Below the pieces are notes generated by a model, which saw nothing but the letters and a program-made list of their open reading frames with translations, searched no databases and was not told the origin of the DNA. This document shows, piece by piece, positions 8,245-15,972 of a stretch of DNA of 20,000 bases (position 1 is its first letter; the number at the start of each line of letters is the position of its first letter). Position numbers and translations under genes: made by a program. This DNA comes from an uncultured virus (IMG/VR IMGVR_UViG_3300009436_000023) (taxonomy: Duplodnaviria > Heunggongvirae > Uroviricota > Caudoviricetes), in IMG/VR virus record IMGVR_UViG_3300009436_000023; one strand, given 5' to 3'.

Positions 8245-8444
8245 TGGAAGTTAAAGTATATAAGCATAAAATTGATCTGAATACAGTACACACTTTTGGG
8301 TCTTATGGGTGCAACCTATACACGCAAGATGGAGAGTTCGTTGAGGCTCGTGTGTTCCATATGATGTCAGGTCAGATGTTCCACAATGAAATTCGTGAGA
8401 TCGCTCAGTTTGAAAAGCTACGAGTGGAGTCTCTAGCTTACTAA
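8244..8444 (+). CDS. hypothetical protein
   Basis: AGGAG SD, TAATG coupling. Confidence 0.7.
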   Translation: MEVKVYKHKIDLNTVHTFGSYGCNLYTQDGEFVEARVFHMMSGQMFHNEIREIAQFEKLRVESLAY

Positions 8445-8447
8445 AAC

Positions 8448-8476
8448 TTGACAAATCGCACTTTTTGTGGTATCAT
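8448..8476 (+). promoter_or_regulatory. sigma70-type promoter
   Basis: TTGACA (8448-8453), 17-nt spacer, TGn-TATCAT (8471-8476). Confidence 0.7.
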
Positions 8477-8509
8477 AAATTAATAGGTTCTAGTAATGGA
8501 ATAGGTAAT

Positions 8510-8593
8510 ATGATAGATAAAGCTAATACTATAGGAGACTTGATTATTAATTATTTAAGATTTATATCTCCTTATGATAAGGATAAACAATGA
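8510..8593 (+). CDS. possible 27-aa leader ORF
   Basis: MIDKANTIGDLIINYLRFISPYDKDKQ; AGGT SD; ATGA overlap with 8590. Confidence 0.35.
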   Translation: MIDKANTIGDLIINYLRFISPYDKDKQ

Positions 8594-9663
8594 AGGTTAC
8601 AGTTGTTCAAGATGACATTACATCTGAGATTAGTCGTATTATGGACTATGAGTTTGATGGTACTACTACGTTCTATCCTCATGAGTTCAGTGCTATTGAT
8701 CGTGAGACTACGCTTAAAGACTTTGGTGTTGGTTTGATTGTGGGACCTTCTGGTTCTGGTAAGACAACTTTACTTAAAGAGTTTGGTCAAGAGGTTGAAC
8801 CTGTTTGGGATGGTGACAAATCTATTGCTTCTCATTTCAAGGATATTGATGATGTGCAAGATCGTTTAGGTGCTGTTGGGTTTAACAGTATCCCTTCTTG
8901 GTTGCGTCCTTATCATGTTCTTTCCAATGGTGAACAGTTTCGTGCTAGGTTGGCTAGACAGTTAGATAGTAATATCGTTGTTGATGAGTTCACATCTGTT
9001 ATTGACAGAGACGTTGCTAAGAGTTGTTCTAATGCTATTAGTCGTTACGTTAAAAGAAACAATTTAAAGAATATTGTATTTTCATCTTGTCATTATGACA
9101 TCATTGAGTGGTTGCAACCAGATTGGGTTTTTGACACTCATACTGGTAAGCTGACCACAAGGGGGTATCATCGGCCAGACATTGTTTTGGAAATCTTACC
9201 TTGCACCAGAGACATCTGGACGATCTTCAGCGACCACCACTATCTCGACGGAAACATTCACTCAGGTGCATCATGTTGGATTGCAGTCTGGAACGACAGA
9301 CTTGTCGGATTTCTTTCTAGCTTAAGCATGCCTTCTGGCAGTTTGAAGAATGCTTGGCGAGGTCATCGTACCGTCGTTTTGCCAGAGTTTCAAGGTTTGG
9401 GGATTGGTGCTAGAATGACAGAAGCTATGGGAGAATTACACTTAATAGAAGGTAAAAGATATTTTACAAAAACGGCTCACCCTAGATTGGGAGAGTTTCG
9501 GAATAATTCTGATAAATGGCGTGGTACATCTAAGAATGGCGTCGCACGTTTAGATTACAATACCAATGACAGTACCTTTGGTGGGTTTGCTGGTGGCTTA
9601 CAAAAACATATGAACAGAATGTGCTATTCGCACGAGTATATCGGACTTGCTTCTAAAGCATAA
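8590..9663 (+). CDS. ABC-type ATPase fused to a GNAT acetyltransferase domain
   Basis: Walker A GPSGSGKT, signature LSNGEQFR, Walker B IVVDEF, H-loop SSCH; C-terminal GNAT motif A RTVVLPEFQGLGIG. Confidence 0.85.
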   Translation: MKVTVVQDDITSEISRIMDYEFDGTTTFYPHEFSAIDRETTLKDFGVGLIVGPSGSGKTTLLKEFGQEVEPVWDGDKSIASHFKDIDDVQDRLGAVGFNSIPSWLRPYHVLSNGEQFRARLARQLDSNIVVDEFTSVIDRDVAKSCSNAISRYVKRNNLKNIVFSSCHYDIIEWLQPDWVFDTHTGKLTTRGYHRPDIVLEILPCTRDIWTIFSDHHYLDGNIHSGASCWIAVWNDRLVGFLSSLSMPSGSLKNAWRGHRTVVLPEFQGLGIGARMTEAMGELHLIEGKRYFTKTAHPRLGEFRNNSDKWRGTSKNGVARLDYNTNDSTFGGFAGGLQKHMNRMCYSHEYIGLASKA

Positions 9664-9666
9664 ATA
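9659..9666 (+). promoter_or_regulatory. possible T4-type late promoter (CATAAATA) upstream of hemE
   Basis: 7/8 match to TATAAATA, about 33 nt upstream of the hemE ATG. Confidence 0.4.
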
Positions 9667-9699
9667 ATTGACCAACTAAGTTTTTGGAGCAAAGCTAAT

Positions 9700-10677
9700 A
9701 TGAACGAAAAATTTACAAACGCAATTAACCGTGTCGAACAATCGTGTCCACCTATTTGGATGATGCGTCAAGCAGGTCGATACCAGAGTTCCTACATGCA
9801 ACTCAAAGAACAATATAACTTTATGCAAATGTGTAAACTTCCGCAAATAGCGGCTAAGGTTGCTATGTTGCCTATTGATGAATTTGATTTTGATGTTGCT
9901 ATCTTGTTTAGTGACATTCTTTGGCATGTCGAAGGATTGGGTCTTCCATTGGCGTTTGATCCTAGCCCAAAGTTTGAATTTCATTTATCCGAAGAAAATT
10001 ACAAGAACCACATGTGTATTGAGACAGCAATGGAACACATAAACTTCCAAAAGGTTGCATTGGAAACCACAAGAGATATGTTGCCCAGTAGAAAAAGTTT
10101 GATTGGGTTTGTTGGCGGTCCTTGGAGTCTTCTTAACTATGCTTTAGGAGATAATAAGGTATCACTTGAGTTCAAAACGATGTATTTGAATGATGTTATT
10201 ATTCCTCTTATGGCTAGAAGTATCAGAGCGCAGAAGTTAGCAGGTGCTGAGGTAGTCATGATCTTTGACAGTGGTTTGCATAATATGTCTAAAATATATT
10301 ATGAGAACAAGTATCTCCCAATGATGGAACAGTTATCCGCAATCGGAAAAGTGGGTTACTACACACGTGATTTGCCTAATGGTTCTTTACCTAAAGTTAA
10401 GAAAATGGAATGGGCTGGTATTGGTATCGACTCCACCCAAGACTTGGTAAAAACTTTGAAGACACATACCAATGGGTTTGTCCAAGGCAATTTTGACGAA
10501 CAGCATATGTTATTGGATACTAAACTTTATCATTATGAATTAGATAAATGGTTAGAAAGTTTGGATGGTGTTGACACCACTGGTTGGGTATGTGGATTGG
10601 GTCATGGTATTCACAAACACACTCCAACAGATCACATAAAATACTTTATTAATCAAGTAAGGGATAAGTTTGAATAA
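9700..10677 (+). CDS. hemE: uroporphyrinogen decarboxylase
   Basis: PPIWMMRQAGRY, AILFSDI, GFVGGPWSLLNY, IFDS, VQGNFD, GLGHGI; the key R/D/Y/S/H residues are present. Confidence 0.95.
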   Translation: MNEKFTNAINRVEQSCPPIWMMRQAGRYQSSYMQLKEQYNFMQMCKLPQIAAKVAMLPIDEFDFDVAILFSDILWHVEGLGLPLAFDPSPKFEFHLSEENYKNHMCIETAMEHINFQKVALETTRDMLPSRKSLIGFVGGPWSLLNYALGDNKVSLEFKTMYLNDVIIPLMARSIRAQKLAGAEVVMIFDSGLHNMSKIYYENKYLPMMEQLSAIGKVGYYTRDLPNGSLPKVKKMEWAGIGIDSTQDLVKTLKTHTNGFVQGNFDEQHMLLDTKLYHYELDKWLESLDGVDTTGWVCGLGHGIHKHTPTDHIKYFINQVRDKFE

Positions 10678-11474
10678 TGTTTGACGATTATGCGGCTTGG
10701 TTTAAAACCTTGCAGAATGATATATGTGACACCGTAGAAGACATTGAATGGGATACTTGTTATAACATGGAAGAGCATAAGAGTCCGACCAAAGAAGGTT
10801 GGACTCAAATGCATAAAACGATCAGAGGCGATGTAATTGAAAAAGGTACTGTTAATTTCAGTAAAATCAATTCGTCGTTCGATCCTAAGTTCGCAAGTGA
10901 AATACCTGGGACTGAAGAAAACAATGATTACCAAGCAACTGGTATTAGCGTTGTTCTGCATCCAAAAAACCCCCACGTACCAGCGATGCACTTTAATACA
11001 CGATACATCAAGACATCAACCAAGGAATGGTTTGGTGGTGGAATGGATGTTACGCCCTGCTTGCCTTTCAATACGGAAGCTTATCATGACGTATTGAAAG
11101 AGATGTGTGATAAACACGACGAAGCTTATTACCCAAAGTTTAAACAAGCCTGTGATGAATACTTCTTTATTCCACATCGTAATGAAATGCGTGGTGTTGG
11201 TGGGATATTTTTTGAGTACCACGATCCAAAAGATATGAGTTTTGACTTCGTTAAGGATGTGGGACGAACATTTAATTATCTAGTCAAACATATTACAAAT
11301 GATTTGTCTGACCTTTCCTATACTGATGAAGCTAGAAGAATACTAGAAGTTAAGCGTGGACGCTATGTAGAGTTCAATCTGTTGTACGATAGAGGAACAA
11401 GATTTGGTTTCAAAACAGGGGGCAACATGGAAGCTATTCTCATGACACTTCCCCCAAAAGTTAGGTGGGAATAA
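10677..11474 (+). CDS. hemF: oxygen-dependent coproporphyrinogen III oxidase
   Basis: EKGTVNFS, ATGISVVLHPKNPHVPAMHFNTRY, WFGGGMDVTP, YFFIPHRNEMRGVGGIFF, RGRYVEFNLLYDRGTRFG, EAILMTLPP. Confidence 0.96.
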   Translation: MFDDYAAWFKTLQNDICDTVEDIEWDTCYNMEEHKSPTKEGWTQMHKTIRGDVIEKGTVNFSKINSSFDPKFASEIPGTEENNDYQATGISVVLHPKNPHVPAMHFNTRYIKTSTKEWFGGGMDVTPCLPFNTEAYHDVLKEMCDKHDEAYYPKFKQACDEYFFIPHRNEMRGVGGIFFEYHDPKDMSFDFVKDVGRTFNYLVKHITNDLSDLSYTDEARRILEVKRGRYVEFNLLYDRGTRFGFKTGGNMEAILMTLPPKVRWE

Positions 11475-12211
11475 TGAAGATAGGCGTAAGAGGTAGTGAC
11501 CTTGCATTAGCATATGCTGAGAGAGCCTGTAAGGAGCTACAGTGCGACACAGAGGTAGTAATCATCCAAACTGATGGTGATTTGAACCCTAACACTCCTA
11601 TCCACGAGATAGGTGGTAAGGGTGTATTCTGTAATGCTATTGAATATGCCTTAGTGCAAGGTATCATTGATGTTGGTGTTCATAGCTTAAAAGACATGCC
11701 CGGTGATATCGAACACCCTGATCTTGTTGTTGCATCTTATCTAAAGCGCAATAACCCACACGATGTATTGATAGGTAATGTGTTTGAAGGTTGTGTGATT
11801 GGTACAAGCAGTCCACGAAGAAAAGAACAAATACAAGAATTGTATGGTCATTTGAACGTAGAGATAAAACCTATTAGAGGAAACATAGACACACGTTTAC
11901 AGAAACTTGACGATAAAGAGTACGATGCAATTATCTTAGCAAAAGCTGGTTTAGATGCTCTTGATATATCTAGGATATGCAAACCCTTAGATATCATACC
12001 AGCAGTTGGTCAAGGAACTACTGTATTGCAGTGTAGAAAAGATGATGTTGAAACTATAGAACTTGTTTCTAAAACAAATGATGATCTAACCATGAGACAG
12101 TCTTTCTTAGAAAGAGCATTGCTAAAAGGTATTATGGGAGACTGTAGTACATCAGTTGCCGCCTTTGCTTATGATGATGCGCCCATTAAAATGGATGTTG
12201 TTTATTATTGA
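11474..12211 (+). CDS. hemC: porphobilinogen deaminase (hydroxymethylbilane synthase), C-terminally short
   Basis: IGVRGSDLA, TDGD, GGKGVF, VHSLKDMP, GTSSPRR, IRGNIDTRL, AIILAKAGL, PAVGQG, ERA..GDC (cofactor Cys). Start placed at ATG 11474 (TAATG coupling). Confidence 0.93.
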   Translation: MKIGVRGSDLALAYAERACKELQCDTEVVIIQTDGDLNPNTPIHEIGGKGVFCNAIEYALVQGIIDVGVHSLKDMPGDIEHPDLVVASYLKRNNPHDVLIGNVFEGCVIGTSSPRRKEQIQELYGHLNVEIKPIRGNIDTRLQKLDDKEYDAIILAKAGLDALDISRICKPLDIIPAVGQGTTVLQCRKDDVETIELVSKTNDDLTMRQSFLERALLKGIMGDCSTSVAAFAYDDAPIKMDVVYY

Positions 12212-12236
12212 CAACTTCATGACTTCATGATATGAT
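12208..12236 (+). promoter_or_regulatory. sigma70-type promoter for the Mom-like/MTase genes
   Basis: TTGACA (12208-12213), 17-nt spacer containing ACTTCATG twice, TGn-TATGAT (12231-12236). Confidence 0.7.
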
Positions 12237-12287
12237 ATAGAGATCATAAACGTAATATATGATTTGTAAGTCATAAGGAAGATTGTC

Positions 12288-12923
12288 ATGAGCGTTACGG
12301 ATTACACCGTATCACCAATAACTATACAAGAAGCTACACCGTTTGTTGTTGATTGGCATTACTCCAAGAATACGAATGGCTTGGCTACTCGTTTCTGTTT
12401 CGGTCTTTTCGATGGAACTGAAATGATTGGTGTTATGATATATGCGTATCTAGGCATGGCAAGTGTTTGGAAGAAGTATGGGGAAGTTGAAACAGACGTT
12501 GTTGAATTAAGACGATTGTGCTGTATTGATGACACCCCTAAGAACACGGAGAGTTACTTCATAGCTCAGACTATTAATTGGTTGAGGCAGAATACAGATT
12601 GTAAAGTTGTTGTCAGTTATGCTGACAGTATGCAAGGGCATGTAGGCACTATATACTATGCATCAAACTTTTACTATTTGGGTATGACTGCAAAGGGTAG
12701 ATCGATAAGGATTAAAGGTAATGATCGTCTGTATCACGAAAAGACAATACGGACTTACTACACACCTAAGAATGGCGAGAGGCGTCTTAAACCATACGCA
12801 CAAAAGATTAAGGAACAGCTAGAGAACGGCGAAGCAGAATACGTTCATAGTAAAGGCAAACACATATTCGTATATCCTCTCAATAAGAAGGAAAGACGGA
12901 AGTATAAAATGAAAGCAACTTAG
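12288..12923 (+). CDS. Mom-like GNAT-fold DNA (adenine) modification protein
   Basis: WHYS, FGLF..GVMIY, VELRRLC, PKNTESYFI, VVSYAD..QGHVGTIYYASNFYYLG match the phage Mu Mom family pattern. Confidence 0.75.
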   Translation: MSVTDYTVSPITIQEATPFVVDWHYSKNTNGLATRFCFGLFDGTEMIGVMIYAYLGMASVWKKYGEVETDVVELRRLCCIDDTPKNTESYFIAQTINWLRQNTDCKVVVSYADSMQGHVGTIYYASNFYYLGMTAKGRSIRIKGNDRLYHEKTIRTYYTPKNGERRLKPYAQKIKEQLENGEAEYVHSKGKHIFVYPLNKKERRKYKMKAT

Positions 12924-12924
12924 A

Positions 12925-14517
12925 ATGACTGATGTGAAACTTATGCTAGGCAATTGCTTAGATCGACTTAAAGACCTTGATGATAATTCTGTGGATAGTA
13001 TCGTTACTGATCCACCTTATGGAATTGATTTCATGGGTAAGAAATGGGATTACGATGTTCCGTCCACAGAGATTTGGGAACAAGCAATGAGAGTTCTCAA
13101 ACCAGGTGGTTATCTTCTAGCATTTGCTGGTACACGTACACAGCATCGCATGGCAGTTCGTATTGAAGATGCTGGTTTCGAAATCAGGGATATGATCGCT
13201 TGGGTATATGGTAGTGGATTTCCTAAGTCACATAATGTTAGTAAGGCTATTGATAAGCATAGTGAGAAACCAGAAACAAATGAAAAAATAATTGAATTGA
13301 AAACCCAACTTATTGAAATGTTTGATCAGTGTGTGTTGACCAGAAAGAAAATAGATGAAAAATGTGGTTTTCGTGCTAGTAACTATTTGACACTTCCTTC
13401 TGAAACTAAAAAATATGATCCATGGGTTAATATACTACCGTCACATGACAAATGGAAAATAATAAAAGAAGTTATTGGCGCTAAAGATGATTTGGATATT
13501 GATACCTTGTATAATGATATTGAACGTGAAGTAATTGGAACACAGACAAAAGCAAGAAGCACAAGTGGTAAATCAGCATTACCCACAGTTGGTGGTGATG
13601 TCATATACGAAACTTGGACAATAACTGCGCCCGCTACTGATGCCGCAAAACAATGGGAAGGTTGGGGTACAGCACTCAAACCTGCCCTAGAACCTATTAC
13701 AGTTGCTAGAAAACCATTAGGGGAAAAGACCGTTGCCGCTAATGTTTTGAAGTATGGCACAGGTGGTATCAATATTGATGCTAGTCGTATTCCTACTAAT
13801 CCTGATGTTGATGATGCACGACTTGGTGGGAATGGTTCTTGGAAAACGGATGGAATGGCGGTAAATGCGTATGGTAAGTTCGCAGGAACCGAAAACACTT
13901 CATCTGAGCAAGGTCGTTTCCCTACCAATCTTATTCACGATGGTTCTGAGGAAGTCACGAGTGGATTTCCTGATACTAAGGGTAGGTCAAATAAGGGATC
14001 AAGCAGTTCAACCAAAGTGGATGGTGGGGGTGTGGTATATGGAAAATACACTGGAGAACTGGAATGTGGCACATCCGCTAACCGTGACCCTATCGGTTTT
14101 CAAGAAGGTTCTGCCGCACGTTTCTTCTATGTACCAAAGACATCTAAGAAAGATCGTAATAATGGGCTAGAGAACTTTACACCAAAGGCTACAGCATCAT
14201 CTGAGTTCAGACCAAATCATGCAGAGAAAGCAGACAACGGTGAAGATGGCAATCCATATGGACGTTGGACGCCTACACAGAACAACCACCCTACTGTGAA
14301 GCCCACAGACCTTATGCGCTACCTTGTGACTATGGTGACGCCAAAAGGTGGCACAACCCTTGATCCGTTCATGGGTAGTGGTTCTACAGGACGTGGCGCA
14401 AAGTTAGGTGGGTTCAACTTTATCGGCATTGAGTTAGATGAAAACTACTTGGAGATTGCAAAGGCTAGGATTGATGCCATATCTACTGAGGTTACGCTAG
14501 AAGAATTTTTTAAGTAA
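12925..14517 (+). CDS. N6-adenine/N4-cytosine DNA methyltransferase (beta class) with internal insertion
   Basis: N-terminal motif IV TDPPY, RVLKPGG, WVYGSGFPKS, HPTVKP, C-terminal motif I LDPFMGSGST, FIGIE. Confidence 0.92.
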   Translation: MTDVKLMLGNCLDRLKDLDDNSVDSIVTDPPYGIDFMGKKWDYDVPSTEIWEQAMRVLKPGGYLLAFAGTRTQHRMAVRIEDAGFEIRDMIAWVYGSGFPKSHNVSKAIDKHSEKPETNEKIIELKTQLIEMFDQCVLTRKKIDEKCGFRASNYLTLPSETKKYDPWVNILPSHDKWKIIKEVIGAKDDLDIDTLYNDIEREVIGTQTKARSTSGKSALPTVGGDVIYETWTITAPATDAAKQWEGWGTALKPALEPITVARKPLGEKTVAANVLKYGTGGINIDASRIPTNPDVDDARLGGNGSWKTDGMAVNAYGKFAGTENTSSEQGRFPTNLIHDGSEEVTSGFPDTKGRSNKGSSSSTKVDGGGVVYGKYTGELECGTSANRDPIGFQEGSAARFFYVPKTSKKDRNNGLENFTPKATASSEFRPNHAEKADNGEDGNPYGRWTPTQNNHPTVKPTDLMRYLVTMVTPKGGTTLDPFMGSGSTGRGAKLGGFNFIGIELDENYLEIAKARIDAISTEVTLEEFFK

Positions 14518-14524
14518 AAAGTTC

Positions 14525-14553
14525 TTGACACGAAAAAAGAATCGTTCTATACT
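14525..14553 (+). promoter_or_regulatory. sigma70-type early promoter
   Basis: TTGACA (14525-14530), 17-nt spacer, TATACT (14548-14553). Confidence 0.75.
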
Positions 14554-14580
14554 GAGTTCTGTAAAACGAAAGGAAATATT

Positions 14581-14877
14581 ATGAATAAATGGATATATGA
14601 TTGTTGGAATGTAGTAATGGATCACGAAAAGAATCCACTAAGCAACATTCCTGACTTTGCTACACGACATATGATTATGCAAGTTCTTGCATGGATGTGG
14701 TGTATTACATTTGCTATTATTGTAGGTAGCATGTGGGCAGGAGTAATTAGTATGATGTTACATGCATTAGTATTAGCCGCAATTGCAGTAACAGTAGCAA
14801 CATTTGAAACAGCGAAGCGTAAACCAAATGTATTTGGGGCATACAATGGTCGTGCCAATGGGGGAGAACATGAGTAA
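14581..14877 (+). CDS. small membrane protein (2 TM)
   Basis: AAGGA SD; NPLSNIPD..RHMIMQVLAWMWC followed by hydrophobic helices. Confidence 0.75.
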   Translation: MNKWIYDCWNVVMDHEKNPLSNIPDFATRHMIMQVLAWMWCITFAIIVGSMWAGVISMMLHALVLAAIAVTVATFETAKRKPNVFGAYNGRANGGEHE

Positions 14878-15124
14878 ATTTGAAGTACACAAACCACACA
14901 AGATGCTTGATTGGCTAGAAGGTGAAATGACCGATTGGGCTATTGGATTGGTGACAGAACATTTTGGTGTCGAAGAAGTTGACACAATGTCTCGTGAACA
15001 GATCGATGAAGTAATCGCTGAGTGGGAAAACCTACTAAATCAAAATGGTTATGATTGGTTAGCGCTTGGTTTGCGAAATGCAATTGGCATTTGGGAAAAC
15101 GAGAACGACGAATATATTATTTAA
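14870..15124 (+). CDS. acidic hypothetical protein
   Basis: GGGGAG SD before ATG 14870 (MSKFEV...); converges on iscA. Confidence 0.7.
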   Translation: MSKFEVHKPHKMLDWLEGEMTDWAIGLVTEHFGVEEVDTMSREQIDEVIAEWENLLNQNGYDWLALGLRNAIGIWENENDEYII

Positions 15125-15405
15125 ACAGCAAAACTCTCACCGCAACCGCACGAAGCTGTTGCGTTGGGATTAACTACCTTGAGGTAGCTACCACCTAGTT
15201 CCTCAACGTAGTCAATGGTACAACCGAAGATGAACATCTCTGCCATGGGATCAAGCCACAGATTTTCAACAGTGGGTTCCTTATCGGTAACTCCCCACTC
15301 ATATTGAAAACCAGAACAACCACCACCTTTTACATTAAGTGATACGTTTGGCTTTCCTGCCTTTGCTAAGTACGCTTTCGCGTTATCTGTGACTTGAATG
15401 TTCAT
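15121..15405 (-). CDS. iscA: A-type Fe-S cluster carrier (IscA/SufA/HesB family)
   Basis: VKGGGCSGFQY, G.TIDY, NPNATASCGCGESF (three conserved Cys). Confidence 0.9.
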   Translation of the reverse strand: MNIQVTDNAKAYLAKAGKPNVSLNVKGGGCSGFQYEWGVTDKEPTVENLWLDPMAEMFIFGCTIDYVEELGGSYLKVVNPNATASCGCGESFAV

Positions 15406-15558
15406 TTATTCAGACTTCCAAATCGTCCATGCACCATAGACAATCATGCCATATGCTACTAGACTTACTGGTGCTAATACCATTGCGATACCTGTGCCAA
15501 TTAGCACGGCTCCGTCCAATGATGTACGCTCAGTACATCTGTTTTTAATCCAATTCAT
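15406..15558 (-). CDS. small membrane protein (50 aa, not in ORF track)
   Basis: MNWIKNRCTERTSLDGAVLIGTGIAMVLAPVSLVAYGMIVYGAWTIWKSE; AGGAGA SD; abuts the iscA start. Confidence 0.75.
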   Translation of the reverse strand: MNWIKNRCTERTSLDGAVLIGTGIAMVLAPVSLVAYGMIVYGAWTIWKSE

Positions 15559-15593
15559 AGTTTTTCTCCTAGTTTTTTATTGTTAACATAATG

Positions 15594-15944
15594 TTAATCA
15601 ATTGCCACTATATTAGGCGATAAGCCTTCTTTCTTAGTCAGCGTTACCGCTTTTGCGCTATAACGTGGCTGTCCGTCATCTTTATTGACGAAGTAACTAT
15701 ATTTATAAGGATTGTAAGTTACCGATGTCCCATTTTGAATGGTTTCTGTCGGTTCTACAAGTGTGCCTCTGATGAAAGCATGTACATTCTTTCTACCCTC
15801 ACGAAGCACTTTTGCTCTGCCAGATGGCTGAACAGCAAATGTTGCGTCTTCTAGTTGGACGTCATATGTGTGGGCAATTACTTTACCCTTATGCCTTACA
15901 CTAAACAAGTTCTTGTGTAGATTGTAGTAAACTTCAACACGCAT
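15594..15944 (-). CDS. phage hypothetical protein
   Basis: VYYNLHK, GRKNVHAF, VTYNPYK motifs; AAGGA SD; has its own promoter. Confidence 0.8.
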   Translation of the reverse strand: MRVEVYYNLHKNLFSVRHKGKVIAHTYDVQLEDATFAVQPSGRAKVLREGRKNVHAFIRGTLVEPTETIQNGTSVTYNPYKYSYFVNKDDGQPRYSAKAVTLTKKEGLSPNIVAID

Positions 15945-15972
15945 TAGTACATCCTTTATTTGTTATCAAAAC

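Noticed and set aside
13383..13928. 181-aa antisense ORF in the MTase, and + strand ORFs in 16139-19599
   Set aside because: These are antisense shadows of well-supported genes with no recognisable features.
15700..15707. TATAAATA on the - strand within ORF 15594..15944
   Set aside because: It is explained by the Y-K-Y codons of the NPYKY motif and is about 140 nt from the next start; use as a promoter is unsupported.
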